Origin: Amoebophrya sp. A120 | Taxonomy: Eukaryota > Protista > Dinoflagellata | Assembly: GCA_905178155.1 (NCBI GenBank) | Contig: CAJINV010000006.1 | Location: 3,409,636-3,473,635 of the forward strand | DNA: 64,000 nucleotides | Reading direction: 5' to 3' | Shown: in pieces, positions 1-11,800 of the stretch | Numbering within the stretch: position 1 is the stretch's first letter | Layout of the letters: each line of letters starts with the position of its first letter | Notes under the pieces: model-generated | What the model saw: the letters and a program-made list of their open reading frames with translations, nothing else | The model's database searches: none | What the model was told of the DNA's origin: nothing | Made by a program: the position numbers and the translations under genes

Positions 1-188
1 TAATGCTGTAAACAGAATGAGAAATTGGCTTTCTCGTGCGGCTTGCTTAGCTTTCTCGTGCGGCTTGCCTTGCTAAGCACCACTACACTACAGACGGAAA
101 CTTATCATGCACAACTCCCAAAGCTTGGCGGTTTGTGTTGCAGATTTACCAACTTGGCTATGGGTTGGGGTCGTTTTTGCTCCGGATA

Positions 189-3100
189 ATGTGAGGTTTA
201 AAGTCAGCAACCCCTGGGTCATGGTGGTGATGCAGGTAATGGTGATGTTGTCACGAATTCATCATGGTTTTTTGTCATGCGTGAAACTGCATGAGAAGGA
301 CTTTCTGTCATGCATAAAACCACTTTACAAATATTTGTTCATTCTGCCATTCACAACATATTCAGATCATCCGTTGGTCCACGATCGTCTGCATCTATAC
401 CGGCGCATTGATGGTTTTAGTTTCCGTCTGCGTGCTCGAGCACCCGAAAGACCCGGCAAAGACGCCGCCAGTCAGCTCGGCAATGAAGTGTGTGATGATC
501 TTGACGGTACTGTACCTCATTGTCTACTTCGGCCTGTTCCTGATGACCTCGCTCCGCACCTGCTTGGGCAGTCAGTTTGGTTCGTCCGTCCTCCGTGCGT
601 TCGACACGGCTCGCGGCACGGTATTCTTCGCGCCGATGCTGTATCCTGCGTAAAAACGTTCCCACCCCAGAGTTGTCATGCAGAATTACAATCACTGAAA
701 AACTTGTAATGCGCATTTCCATGAGAGGCATTTTCAATCGTGTTATGCAATTTGTGATGCTGTCAAGAGAATACCAGGATGGATTTGTGATGCGGTTGTC
801 CTTGCTAACCCGCACTACAGTACAGAGAAAAACTTGTCATGCGTGACTTCCAAAACTTCTGGATCTGTGTTGCAGAGTCCCCAACTTGACTCTGGGGTGG
901 GGACGTTTTTACACAGGATATGCTCTCCGTCCTCTTCCTCGGGTGCCGACTCCGGGCGTTGCAGCTGACGAAGACCATGGGGTCGCCGCAGGGATATGCC
1001 CAGGACTGGATGTTTCTGGCCACCTGGGCCATCATGGGGCAAGTGCTACTCTGCTTCTTCCTGGGTCTCTTATGCATTGCAAAAGCATCGTACTCGTATA
1101 AAAATAAATGCATTACAAATTTCCTCAGCATGAGAAAGAAAATTTGTAAATGTAATGCGGATTTACCTTACGAAGAAGATTTGTCATGCATATTTGCAAT
1201 TACTACGAGTGCGATACTTTTGCAGTGCATATCGCTTCGCGCCGGGCGATTCCTCCGACCTGAAGCCGGACGAGGACGGCAACCTGCATATCACAGGAAA
1301 AAGGGTTAGCGTTAACGGAACTTGTTCCGATGAGAATTTGTGATGCAGTAATGCATCACAAAACGTCGTGTCCAAATTTGTCATGCATAGCATGCATGCT
1401 CGGCAAAATTTGTCATGCGCGACTGCAAACCGTGAAGAACCATCAAAACCGTTGATGTTATACCTTTTTTGTTTGATACTCCAGCTTCCGGAGTCTGCGG
1501 ACGGCGGGAAACCGGGCATCGCACGGTACTTAATGGAAGGCTTCCGCTACTTGTGCATGTTCAGTACGTACGGCGCGGCCATCGGAATTTGCTACGCGAT
1601 CTATACTATCAAATGTAAAAATGTCTGGGTCTGGAAACTTGTGATGCTGTGTGGCGTATCATGAGGAGGCCACAATTGCTGGCTCAGCATGACAAGGTTC
1701 TGAGCTTCTAGGTGTTGCCTATTCATTCTGCATGACAAACTACGTCTGCTCTGCATGACAGAAAAGTGGGGCTCTTTGGTAATGTGCATGACAGATTTAA
1801 GAGTCATGCCAGACAAGCATGACAAACTTGCATTCTTCCAGAGGACCCAGACACTTTTACACTTGATCTACACCATGACCCCGACCAACGCAAACGGGTC
1901 CGGCTCGCTGTTCCCCTGGGGCCCGATATGACAGTGCACAACTCCCCCTCGTTCTCATTTCTCATGCAAAATCCCAAATCCAGTTGCTTCCTTGTATCAC
2001 TATTATGCATGACAAATTCCGCAAGTGGCCCAAACAGTACCACAGTGCGGGGCACACAAATTTGTCATGCATAGGCTCTACGTGTGCTGGTGTTTGTACT
2101 ATTGCTGTTCATGCTACACAAGTGAGGGGGAGAGGGGGGTGTGCACTCTCATACCCGATCCCCCAGCCCTTCGACCCGGCGGAAGCACTGCAGAACGCCG
2201 GAAAATATGCATTGCAAAAGTACCGTACTCGTATAAATGCATTACAAACAAGGTCCGAGCACGGGGACAGAGTCCCCGTGCGGCGACCTTCCGGCATTTG
2301 CCTGCCTGCGCGGTGGCACTGGGCAGGCAGGTCGCCTGCAGCTAGGTATCTCGGTGCGCCTTGCATTCACTGACCCGCGACGGGCCTGCGGACGCGGCAC
2401 CCTTGCTTGCGCGCACTAGGTCCGTTCACCTGCCGCGCGCAAAGATAATATAAAAGAAAAGAAGAAACAAACTGGCGCCGGGTGCGGATCTGGAGCGAGC
2501 CGGCCCGCAAGTCATGACGCGGCGACAGAATCCCCACACTTCTGCCCTAGGGATTTTCTTCGCCCCGTGCTTTCTTGGCCGCGGGGCGTGGTGTCCGGAG
2601 AGTGTTCGTAGCTAGCCCCTAGGCCATGACGCGGGGACCGAGTCCCCGCGCTTGCCTAGGGCTTTCGCCCCGTGGCCGCACGGTGCCCGGGAAGCACTTG
2701 CAGCTGACCCCTAGGCCATGACGCGGGGACCGAGTCCCCGCGCTGGCCTAGGAAGGGCCTTCGCCCCGTGGCCGCGCGGTGTCCGGGAGACAGTTGCAGC
2801 TGGCCCCTAGGCCATGACGCGGGGACCGAGTCCCCGCGCTGGCCTAGGGCTTTCGCCTCGTGGCCACACGTTGTCCGGGAAGCGCTTGCAGCTGACCCCT
2901 AGGCCATGACGCGGGGACCGAGTCCCCGCGCTGGCCTAGGGCTTTCGCCCCGTGGCCACACGGTGTCCGGGAAGCACTTGCAGCTGACCCCTAGGCCAGG
3001 ACGTGGGGACCGAGCCCCCGCGCTGGCCTAGGGCTTTCGCCCCGTGGCCGCACGGTGTCCGGGAAGCAATTGCTGCTGGCCCCTAGGCCATGACGCGGGG

Positions 3101-4729
3101 ACCGAGTCCCCGCGCTGGCCTAGGGCTTTCGCCCCGTGGCCGCCCGCACGTTGTCCGGGAAGCACTTGCAGCTGACCCCTAGGCCATGACGCGGGGGCCG
3201 AGTCCCCGCGCTGGCCTAGGGCTTTCGCCCCTTGGCCGCACGGTGTCCGGGAACGAAGCGCTTGCTGCTGACCCCTAGGCCATGGCGCGGGGACCGAGTC
3301 CCCGCGCTGGCCTAGGGCTTTCGCCCCGTGGCCTCACGGTGTCCGGGAAGCACTTGCAGCTGGCCCCTAGGCCATGACGCGGGGACCGAGTCCCCGCGCT
3401 GGCCTAGGGCTTTCGCCCCGTGGCCGCACGGTGTCCGGGAAGCACTTGCAGCTGGCCCCTAGGCCATGACGCGGGGACCGAGTCCCCGCGCTGGCCTAGG
3501 GCTTTCGCCCCGTGGCCGCACGGTGTCCGGGAAGCACTTGCTGCTGGCCCCTAAGCCATGACGCGGGGACCGAGTCCCCGCGCTGGCCTAGGGCTTTCGC
3601 CCCGTGGCCGCACGGTGTCCGGGAAGGAAGCACTTGCAGCTGTCCCCTAGGCCATGACGCGGGGACCGAGTCCCCGCGCTGGCCTAGGGTTTTCGCCCCG
3701 TGGCCGCACGGTGTCCGGGAGCGCTTGCTGCTCGTTGGCCCCTAGGCCATGGCGCGGGGACCGAGTCCCCGCGCTGGCCTAGGGCATTCGCCCCGTGGCC
3801 GCCCGCACGGTGTCCGGGAAGCACTCGCAGCTGGCCCCTAGGCCATGACGCGGGGAAAGGGCCCCCGCGCTGGCCTAGGGCTTTCGCCCCGTGGCTGGCC
3901 GCACGGTGTCCGGGAAGCACTTGGTTGCAGCTGGCCCCTAGGCCATGACGCTCGCGGGGACCGAGTCCCCGCGCTGGCCTAGGACTTTCGCCCCGTGGCC
4001 GCACGGTGTCCGGGAAGCGCTTGCAGCTGACCCCTAGGCCATGACGCGGGGACCGAGTCCCCGCGCTGGCCTAGGGCTTTCGCCCCGTGGCCGCACGGTG
4101 TCCGGGAAGCACTTGCAGCTGACCCCTAGGCCATGACGCGGGGACCGAGTCCCCGCGCTGGCCTAGGGCTTTCGCCCCGTGGCCGCACGGTCCGTCTCGC
4201 GACGCGTGACAGACTGGACCTCGGGGCCAAACCTCGCGTGACAAAGTCCGAAAGTTTGGCCGGGGTGTGTCCGAAAGTCTGTCTGGGGTGTGTCCGAAAG
4301 TCTGCCCGGGGTGTGTCCGGGGTGTGTCTGGGGTATGTTCGGACTTTTTGCCTGGGGTGTGTTCGGGGGTATGTCTGGGGTGTGTCTGGGGTGTGTCTGG
4401 GGTATGTTTATACCCCACCTTCTGCTTTTTCGCCAAAAATTTGTATTCAGGTCGTGACTGACTGCCATTTGCATACCCCTGACACACCCCCGAACATACC
4501 CCCGAGCATACCCCTCGCATGCATTTTTGACCAGCTGCTGCAGTTTAGATAGTAATTTCCCCAGCATGAGAAATGAAATTTGTAATGTGGATTTACCTTA
4601 AGAACAAGACTTGTAATGCAAGTCTTGCACTTATACGAATACGATACTTTTGCACAGGATAGAAAACAGCTCACCGTGCCGCCCCCGGCCGCTGCGTCGG
4701 GAAGTGCGGCTGCGGCGGGGTTTTTCTGA
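189..4729 (+). CDS. Multi-pass membrane protein of unknown function, 5'-partial, multi-exon
   Basis: Removing introns 236-365, 642-920, 1071-1231, 1289-1478, 1607-1868, 1927-2153 and 2206-4661 (each TIR intron plus one DR) gives a continuous frame: ...FFAPML|SVLFLGCRLRALQLT...GSPQGYAQDWMFLATWA...MTPTNANGSG...NAGK|QLTVPPP...GFF*, with several hydrophobic helices. Confidence 0.8.
236..365 (+). other. Canonical GT-AG intron carrying introner-like internal motifs
   Basis: tgcag|GTAATG...acatattcAG|atc; splicing gives VMVVMQ|IIRWSTIV in frame. Confidence 0.7.
642..920. mobile_element. Introner, TATCCTG.GTAAAAACGT.CCCACCCCAGAG family
   Basis: 31-bp TIR with 2 mismatches, DR tgctg/tgctc; relatives at 9518-9796, 25782-26069, 30795-31074, 50515-51020, 55102-55359, 62354-62699, and a partial copy ending at 188. 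Confidence 0.9.
1071..1231. mobile_element. Introner, TATGCATTGCAAAAG family (mostly 150-165 bp)
   Basis: TIR plus DR tctct/tcgct; relatives at 7088-7242, 7618-7800, 8208-8324, 9282-9438, 10364-10514, 19703-19866, 23719-23874, 25288-25427, 28679-28844, 28884-29031, 29758-29909, 49984-50131. Confidence 0.9.
1289..1478. mobile_element. Introner, TATCACAGG...GTTAACGG family
   Basis: DR ctgca/ctcca; relatives at 33396-33552, 40371-40534, 47128-47295. Confidence 0.85.
1607..1868. mobile_element. Introner, TATCAAATG.AAAA.TGTCTGGGTCTGGAA family (most abundant, about 18 copies)
   Basis: TIR about 29 bp; relatives at 6790-7032, 8379-8645, 9898-10197, 18972-19236, 22402-22653, 23343-23584, 25466-25717, 27011-27263, 35391-35651, 38288-38548, 52477-52718, 57374-57625, 59366-59617, 60560-60821, 63153-63404. 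Confidence 0.9.
1927..2153. mobile_element. Introner, TATGA(C/G)AGTGCACAACTCCCCC family
   Basis: DR cccga/cccga; relatives at 8843-9065, 31158-31374, 43874-44139. Confidence 0.9.
2616..4190. repeat. GC-rich tandem array, 92-bp unit, about 17 copies, palindrome-rich
   Basis: Unit CCTAGGCCATGACGCGGGGACCGAGTCCCCGCGCTGGCCTAGGGCTTTCGCCCCGTGGCCGCACGGTGTCCGGGAAGCACTTGCAGCTG(A/G)CC. Confidence 0.95.
4260..4516. repeat. Short GGGGT(G/A)TGT repeats followed by inverted CA(C/T)ACCCC copies
   Basis: Direct reading; units of about 11 bp. Confidence 0.8.
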
Positions 4730-5883
4730 AGAACAAAGTGCTGAAGTTGCGACTTTGCTTCGTCCCAGCTGGTATTCATCGTTGTAGCGAGTAACAAAAG
4801 AAAACGCAACATGAGCGCAACTCTCTAGGCTGCAAAAGCAATTGCTATTGCATTTGCTCGCACGGTGCTTTCCTCAAATAGTAAAATGGTTGCCCTTATA
4901 AGAAAGTAGCCTCAACATTTACGATTTTTTCCTTGTCTAGATGGGACGGACTGTGCCAGTGGCGGAAAGAGTTTCCACATGGACGAAAGCGCACGGCAAA
5001 CTTATCTTTTCCAATAACTTTTTGTCACCATCGGTGATACTTAAAAACTGGTACTATATGGCTTCTGACGGGATTCGTCGAAGTGACAAAAAAAACAATT
5101 TTTTTCCCCAGCAGCTCATGGTCATGAGCAGGCTCGAAAGATGAACCATAGCAAGAATATGAATAAGCAAAGCAGGTCTACAACTGCACGACCCCACTCG
5201 CAAGATTTGGGGCGAACAGAAGTGCCTGCAAGAACCTCTTACGCAGAATTCTTGTTGAGTCTCTCTCGGTACAACTCCGCTACTGGGAGCAGCAATGACT
5301 TCTTTTGTTCCTCTTGGGCGGAGGCGTGGTGGCTTTTTACCTCCGCCGGGGTTAGTTGACGATCAGTATCCAAGAAAAAAACACCATCACAATCACATGT
5401 AGGAGGTTTTGCATCAGAAATTTCTCTCGCATGCCAAATATTTCACTCGCACACCCTAAACCCTAAACACAAAGGGAAATCGCCAATAACTCTTGACTGT
5501 GATGCATTTTTGCGCATGACAAAAATTTTTGTATTGCAAAAATGTGCAATTAGTGATTGTGATGGTGTTTTTTTCTTGAATAATCAGGAGATGAAAACTC
5601 TAGCCGCCGGCAGTGAAGATCGAAGTAGATCATGATCCACCGCGTGACCAGGTCATATGATGGCTCACAGGAGAAGATCACAAGCAGACGCCCGAAATTG
5701 ATGGAAATGAAAAACCAGGCACCCATCGTCGTCGTCGCGATCTCTTCAGAAGTTGTTGTACTTCTTAGTACTACATCGAAACTAAGTCTAAGCACAAACA
5801 TGAATGACAACTACAATACCCGGCTTTGATATGATCGCTGATTTCGTTTTTTTTGCAACTTCTACTTGTTGACACGACACATC

Positions 5884-8800
5884 ATGGCAACTGCGAGGAC
5901 TACAAGAACCTCGCAGAAAATTATGTCGTTCTTTAGTCAAGGTCAACGCGCTCGAAGCTTCTGTCTGCTTTTCGTCCTGCTGCAAGCGTGGTGGTGGTGG
6001 TTCCTCCTGCTTCCTTCAGTCCGCGCTGATGTGGAGGCTGTAGGAGCAACTGCTTCCAGCAGTTCAAGTTCTGTGGGACGAGGCACTGCTGTTGCGAATG
6101 AAGATGATGGTCCTGCATCCGCTGCTGCTTCTGGACCACCTGGCGTCGATGTTGAAACAAAGAGCGCTACAAGGAGGAGCGACGTCGATGATATCAAATC
6201 CAAACCGGAAGCACAAGCACAAACTGCAGACGTCGCAGGTGCCACCGAAAACCAAGACGACAACGACGACCTGGAAGGCCCTCTGCCCGACCGGCCGGAG
6301 CCCTGGAACGACCGGGAAACTTGGTACCAAAACGAAGATAAGCTCGATCTAGAAGAGGAACAGCAGGCGTTTAACGAGGACAACGCGATAAACGATATTG
6401 TGGACGACGAGGACGACGTGAGTGCTGCCAACTTGGACCACGACCAGCAGCAGTCACGACAACCAGAACGGGCGACACAACATACTCCTGCGGGCAAGAA
6501 GATAGAAGATGAAGGGCAGGAGGCGCAAAAACATCAAATAGACGGCCAGTCTTCCCTGTTAGAGGTGCAGGAAAAAATAAACAAGCAGCGCTTAAGCAGG
6601 GCAGGTGAAGCAGACAATAGCGAGGTGGGGGCGGGTGACGATGGTACTAGCAGTACGAGGAAAAATATGAAACCCCGTCCGAAAAAAGGCCACCTGGACA
6701 AGATCTTCAGTGACACGATTGACGAGATTTCTGAGCAACTGCCAAAAGACGAGTTTGAACTGGAGAAGCGAGAAAGCGCGCTCATGGATTATCAAATGCA
6801 AAAGTGTCTGGGTCTGGAAGATTGCGAGATTTGTCATGCTTGTGTGGCATGGCCAAAAAGTTTGTGATGCCTGTCCAAGAAGAGACCCTTTTGCCTGTCA
6901 TGCCAAAGCGCAGTTTGTCATGCGAAAAACGCAACACAGATATTTCTCATGCTTGGCTGTGCATTACAGAGCATCTACTATTCCCAACGCAGCATTACAA
7001 GTTTCCAGACCCAGACATATTTGCATTTGATATGGATCTGGTCAGCCTGAAATCCGATCTGGATCGCGACGTGGTGAAGAAAACCTCTATGCATTGCGAA
7101 AGTGTCGCACTCGTATAATGAATGCATTACAAATTTCTTCAGCATGAGAAATAAAATTTGTAATGTGGATTTACCTTATGAGCAAGATTTGTAATGCGTG
7201 TTTGCGATTTTTACTACGAGTGCGATGCTTTTGCATAGGATAACCTCGCTCGTCGAGCAAGACGCACAAAACCTCGACAACGACCTGCATAATCTGAAGG
7301 AAAAACAGGAAAAGGAACTGGTTTTGTCGCTACTCTATCCTGTGAAAAATGAGTATCGTGCGCCTACTAATCGCAATCTTGAATGACAGAAACAGATCTA
7401 GACCCTTACCTCAATCAACAAAAGCATGACAAATTCCCGTTCTGTTTTTGAAAAAGTTGGCTGTCATGCAATTTGTACCACACGCGATGCTTTTGCATTG
7501 CATAAACCCCACGGTGGAATGGACAGCGGACCGGTGGGTCGCAACAGCGGAAGTGGGACGGGTGAAACAGGCAGTGCTGGCGGTGGAACAGGCAGTGGCA
7601 GTGGCAGTGGATCAGCCTATCCCGTGCAAAAGTATCGCACTCGTACTAGTTGCTTTTTTGCATGACGTATCTTCTTCCTTAGGCTTAGCTAAACCCAATA
7701 ATTCAGCTCTAAATATTTCATTTATCACGCTGTCTGTGCAAATAATTTCTGTATGCAACTACTACCGTACCACCGCGATACAATACTTTTGCAATGCATA
7801 CAGGCAGTGGATCAACATTTGTGCAGCTAACAAAGGAAGACATCGAGAACTGGAGGCACCGGTATGGGCACTTCGTGTACCGCACCCTTTCCGCTGCCGA
7901 TCAAGCCAACGCACCGCAGAACGACTTGGAGCAGCGTGTCTTTCGTCTCTGCGAGCACATGGAGATTCGACCGCAGGAGTTTGATAAGCAGAAAACAGCC
8001 AACTTCTACGCAAAAACGGTAGCGCCAGCTGGGAGTGGGAGACAGAACCAGCAGAAATCATCGTCCTACATTCAAGAAAAAGAAAAAGCCGGGCAAATGG
8101 GAGCGAACGCCTTCGGCGAGGATGAGGAGGAGAAAAAGCTGAATAGCTCTCCCCTTGTCGACATTTGGTGCAACTTCAAGGACGCTGAGTTGTTGGACGC
8201 GGATCGGTATCCTGTGCAAAAGTATTGTACTCGTAGTAATTGCTGTCATGCATTACAAATTTTTTTTTCTCATGCTGAGGAAAAATGCACTTTTAGGAGT
8301 ACGAGGATACTTTTGCAATGCATAATCGGGCTGCTGATCCCGAAGCAAGGCGACCGGAAATTGTCCCCATTCCCGCCGTATCAACTGCAAATATCGCTGG
8401 ATGTCTGGAAAAGTGTAAACTTGTCATGGAGGTTTTCCATGACCCATGAGGTCTGGAATGCGGGGCCTAGCATGACAGACTCTGTGAGGTCTTTGCCATG
8501 CCTATCCTGCATGAGAAACTCCCTCCCAACTCGGTCGACAGTGGACAGCTTTTGGCATTCATGCAACACAGATTTTTGCGTGATTCGGATTTAGCATGGC
8601 AAGTTGGCACTCTTCCAGACCTCCCAAACATATTTGCAACGTATACGCCGCGAGCCTGGACGGAACGCGTCTGCTGCATCCCCAGGACGCACTGAAAGAC
8701 GTGAAAGAGCTCCGGTGGGACGGGAAGAAGCGCCTGTACACCATGGTTTCCAAACACGGGAAGCCAATCGCGAAGTTTGAGAAGGTGCACATCCCCTACG

Positions 8801-11800
8801 GTCTGTGGAAGATGGATTTTTCGCAACTCGCGCCCATAGACCTACGACAGTGCACAACTCCCCCTCCCCCTCATTTGTCATGCAAAATACCGAATCCACA
8901 TCTTGCCTTTAAGCACTCGGCGCTTCACAAGTTTTGGACGCCCAAACAGGACTACATTCCATGTGCGGATTTGTCATGCAAAAGCAACATTTACATTTGT
9001 GGCATTGCTTCTGTTACTGCTCATGCTATACAAATGAGGGGGAGGGGGCGTTGTGCACTCTCATAAGACCAGATCAGTAACTACATCGAGAACCGCGGCT
9101 ACGATCTGCGGATGCTCATGCCCGCCGTGTATGAAAAAACGGGACGCACGGACAGCACGGTGTACCAGTACATGGTGACAGAAGCACGAGAGGCCGAAGA
9201 CGACATGAATAATCCTTACCCAAACATGGTAACTGCGCTAGCCAAACTGCAAAAAGAGTGCGAGTACGTCCTCATCCGACCTATCGAATGCAAAAATATA
9301 GCGCTGTACTAGTATGAATTGCATCACAAATTAGCTCAGCATTACAAATGAAACTTGCAATGCTGTTTTACCCTATAGGAAAGAGATTTGTCACGCATAA
9401 CAGCAATTACTACGAGTGCGATACTTTTGCAGTTCATACGCCCTATGCAACAGCAACACGCGGACCTCGAAACCGCATCCGAGGAAGAAGAAAAAAGCGT
9501 ACCTATCTACGCCGGTATATCCTATGTAAAAACGTACCCACCCCAGAGTTGTCATGCAGATTTGCCATGACAGGAACATTTGTGATGCGCAACCCCATAA
9601 CAGGCATTTTCAATCGTGTTTGGGAACTTGTAATGCTGTAAACAGGATCAGAAGGTCGATGTGTGATGCGGCTTTCCTTGCTAACTTGCACTACCTTACG
9701 GACTGAAACTTGTCATGCGTGACTCCTAAAACTCCTAGGTTTGTGTTGCAAAATCCCCATCCTGACTCTGGTGTGGGTACATTTTTACTCAGGATACGGT
9801 AGTACCAGCGGCCCTCCCGCAAGTGGAAGTAGTCGCGCTGTCGGGAATGCGGCCCTGGACGCTGCGTTCAGCCAGGACGTGGCTTACTGTCTCCAGATAT
9901 CGATTGCAAATATCCCTGAATGTCTGGAAGGATGCGAACTTGTAGAAATGCGTGTTCCGAATCAACATGCGACTGTCGCGCAGGACCTGCAAAAGTTGCC
10001 CAGTTCTGGTCATGATGAGAAGCCATTTTTCATTGCAGAATAATACACATCGCCTAGTGCAAGTAGGGGCTGCAGAACCTGTGAAGATCATGCTAGGCCC
10101 TGCATATTCCAGACTTGGCAGAGCTAGAGCTTGGAACAACTGCATGACAATAAATCGCGGAACCTTGTTCCAGACCCAGACACTTTTGCAGTTGATACCA
10201 GAGCGAATTATTTCGGAAGCGGACCAGAATTTTAAACTTCTCCCAGAACAAGCGCGCCGGGGTGGTGTTAGCAGACGTGTCAGTGGATGACATCGGGGCG
10301 GACGCTGGGGAGGGAAAGACATTTAAATTTGATCCAAAACTTCCGATGGCATTTGTGTTGGCGTATGCATTGCAAAAGTCTCGTACTAGTATTACTCGCA
10401 TGACAAATTCATATCAAAAAGAGAACTGAAATTTGTAATGCGGATTGAGATAAGAAACCAGATTTGTCATGCATAACTGCGATTCCTACGAGTACGATAC
10501 TTTTGCACAGGATATGGCGCCGCTACGAGCGATTCCGGACGGGTACGAGCCAACCTGGGTCAGTCGAGACTATCAAAAGTAAAAATGTCTGGGTCTGGAA
10601 GTAGAGCACAACTTTGTCATGCACATTTTCCATGATCCATGATATCTGTGATGTATGCCATAGCATCACAGACTTTTTGAGCGCTTACCTATGCGCATCC
10701 AGCACAACAAATGCCCTCTCCGCGTAGCCAAATTTGAGTCCTCTTGCTGGTCATGCAATACAGGTTTTCTGAGCATCCAACACATATATCGCAAAGTCAT
10801 GCTTGCTGGTCATGCAATACAGGTGGACTGTACAGGCGCGACACATATATCGCAAAGTACAAGGAGGAAGAACGCGCAGCAGTCGTGAAGCAAATGAAAC
10901 CGCTGCTGCAAGAACTAGAAGCGACAGCGAAGCGCGCCGACCTCCGAATTTTCGGCGGCGATATGAATGCCGAATTCTACGAGGGCGCCGACGGCGAATT
11001 TCTATTCGCTCGGGAGAAAGTAGCGCCAGTCATCTACGAGGAAGTTTTAGCGCCCCTCGCTCGCCTAATGTCCCTCTATACCAAGTACCGCTGCCCGGCA
11101 GGCCCGACCTGCTTTCGGACCACACCCAGACGGATTGACTTCGCTCTAGTAGGCGCCGAAGACGCAAACTCGCTCAAGGTGAGGCAGAAGCGGGCTAAGG
11201 TGCCGGCCAATTGGCAGTATGAGTTCGGCAAGAAGCAAACGCGCTGCCAGTGGCTGAAGGACGACGAGACCCCAGATGAAGCCGAGGCGGACCATCTAGC
11301 ACTCCATACAGTAATCCGGTGGAGGCCGACGAAGGACGAAACGGGGCAGGGAACAACCGGGGCAGATCGAAACAACATTGGAACAGCAGGCAAAAAGCCG
11401 ACAGCGTTTAACGCAACATACGCTGATAAAAAACCGGGCGGACCCGCGGCCACGGGCAGAGTCAAGGTCCTGAAGAGCAAGGCGGAATTCGAGAAGTGCG
11501 CCCCCTTCCCCGGCGCCATATCCTGGCCTAGGGGGGCAGCGAAGAAAGAACAACTGGCGCCGGTCCTCGAAGCCGCAGAAATGCCAAGCGCGTGCGAAGT
11601 AGGTCTCGACGGCATACAGAACTGGATCAGGGATCTTCTGAAAACGGAGTGCCCGCTGAAGGCAAAGAATTTAATGACCCAGCAGATGGAAGCATTCTAC
11701 GGCCGGAAGGGGGGAAGGAAGGCGCACCAGAAAAAGACGCAGCAAAGCAATGAACCTGAGCAGACGGGCCCTGCCAGCACGACTGAAACAGCTGACGAGA

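Larger units (their letters stand above)
2249..4555 (-). mobile_element. Non-autonomous Helitron-like element
   Basis: Inserted between A and T with no TSD; on - it starts TTACTATC and ends with a 10-bp-stem hairpin (2259-2281), 6 nt, then CTTG. Confidence 0.7.
2206..4661. mobile_element. Introner (TATGCATTGCAAAAG family) expanded by a nested element
   Basis: DR gaaaa/gaaaa; removing 2249-4555 restores gcattacaaa|tttccccagcatgagaaa as in uninterrupted copies. Confidence 0.9.

Noticed and set aside
2616-4190. CRISPR-like array
   Set aside because: Units repeat in full with no unique spacers, no cas genes are present, and the context is a eukaryotic intron
2616-4190. Tandem hammerhead ribozymes
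   Set aside because: GAAA lies in a tetraloop and there is no conserved CUGANGA on the same strand; an Infernal/Rfam scan would settle other ribozyme classes
3512-4567. ORFs in the GC-rich array
   Set aside because: Open frames result from stop-poor repeats
5454-5468. (CCCTAAA)2 telomere-like repeat
   Set aside because: Only two units, which could be chance
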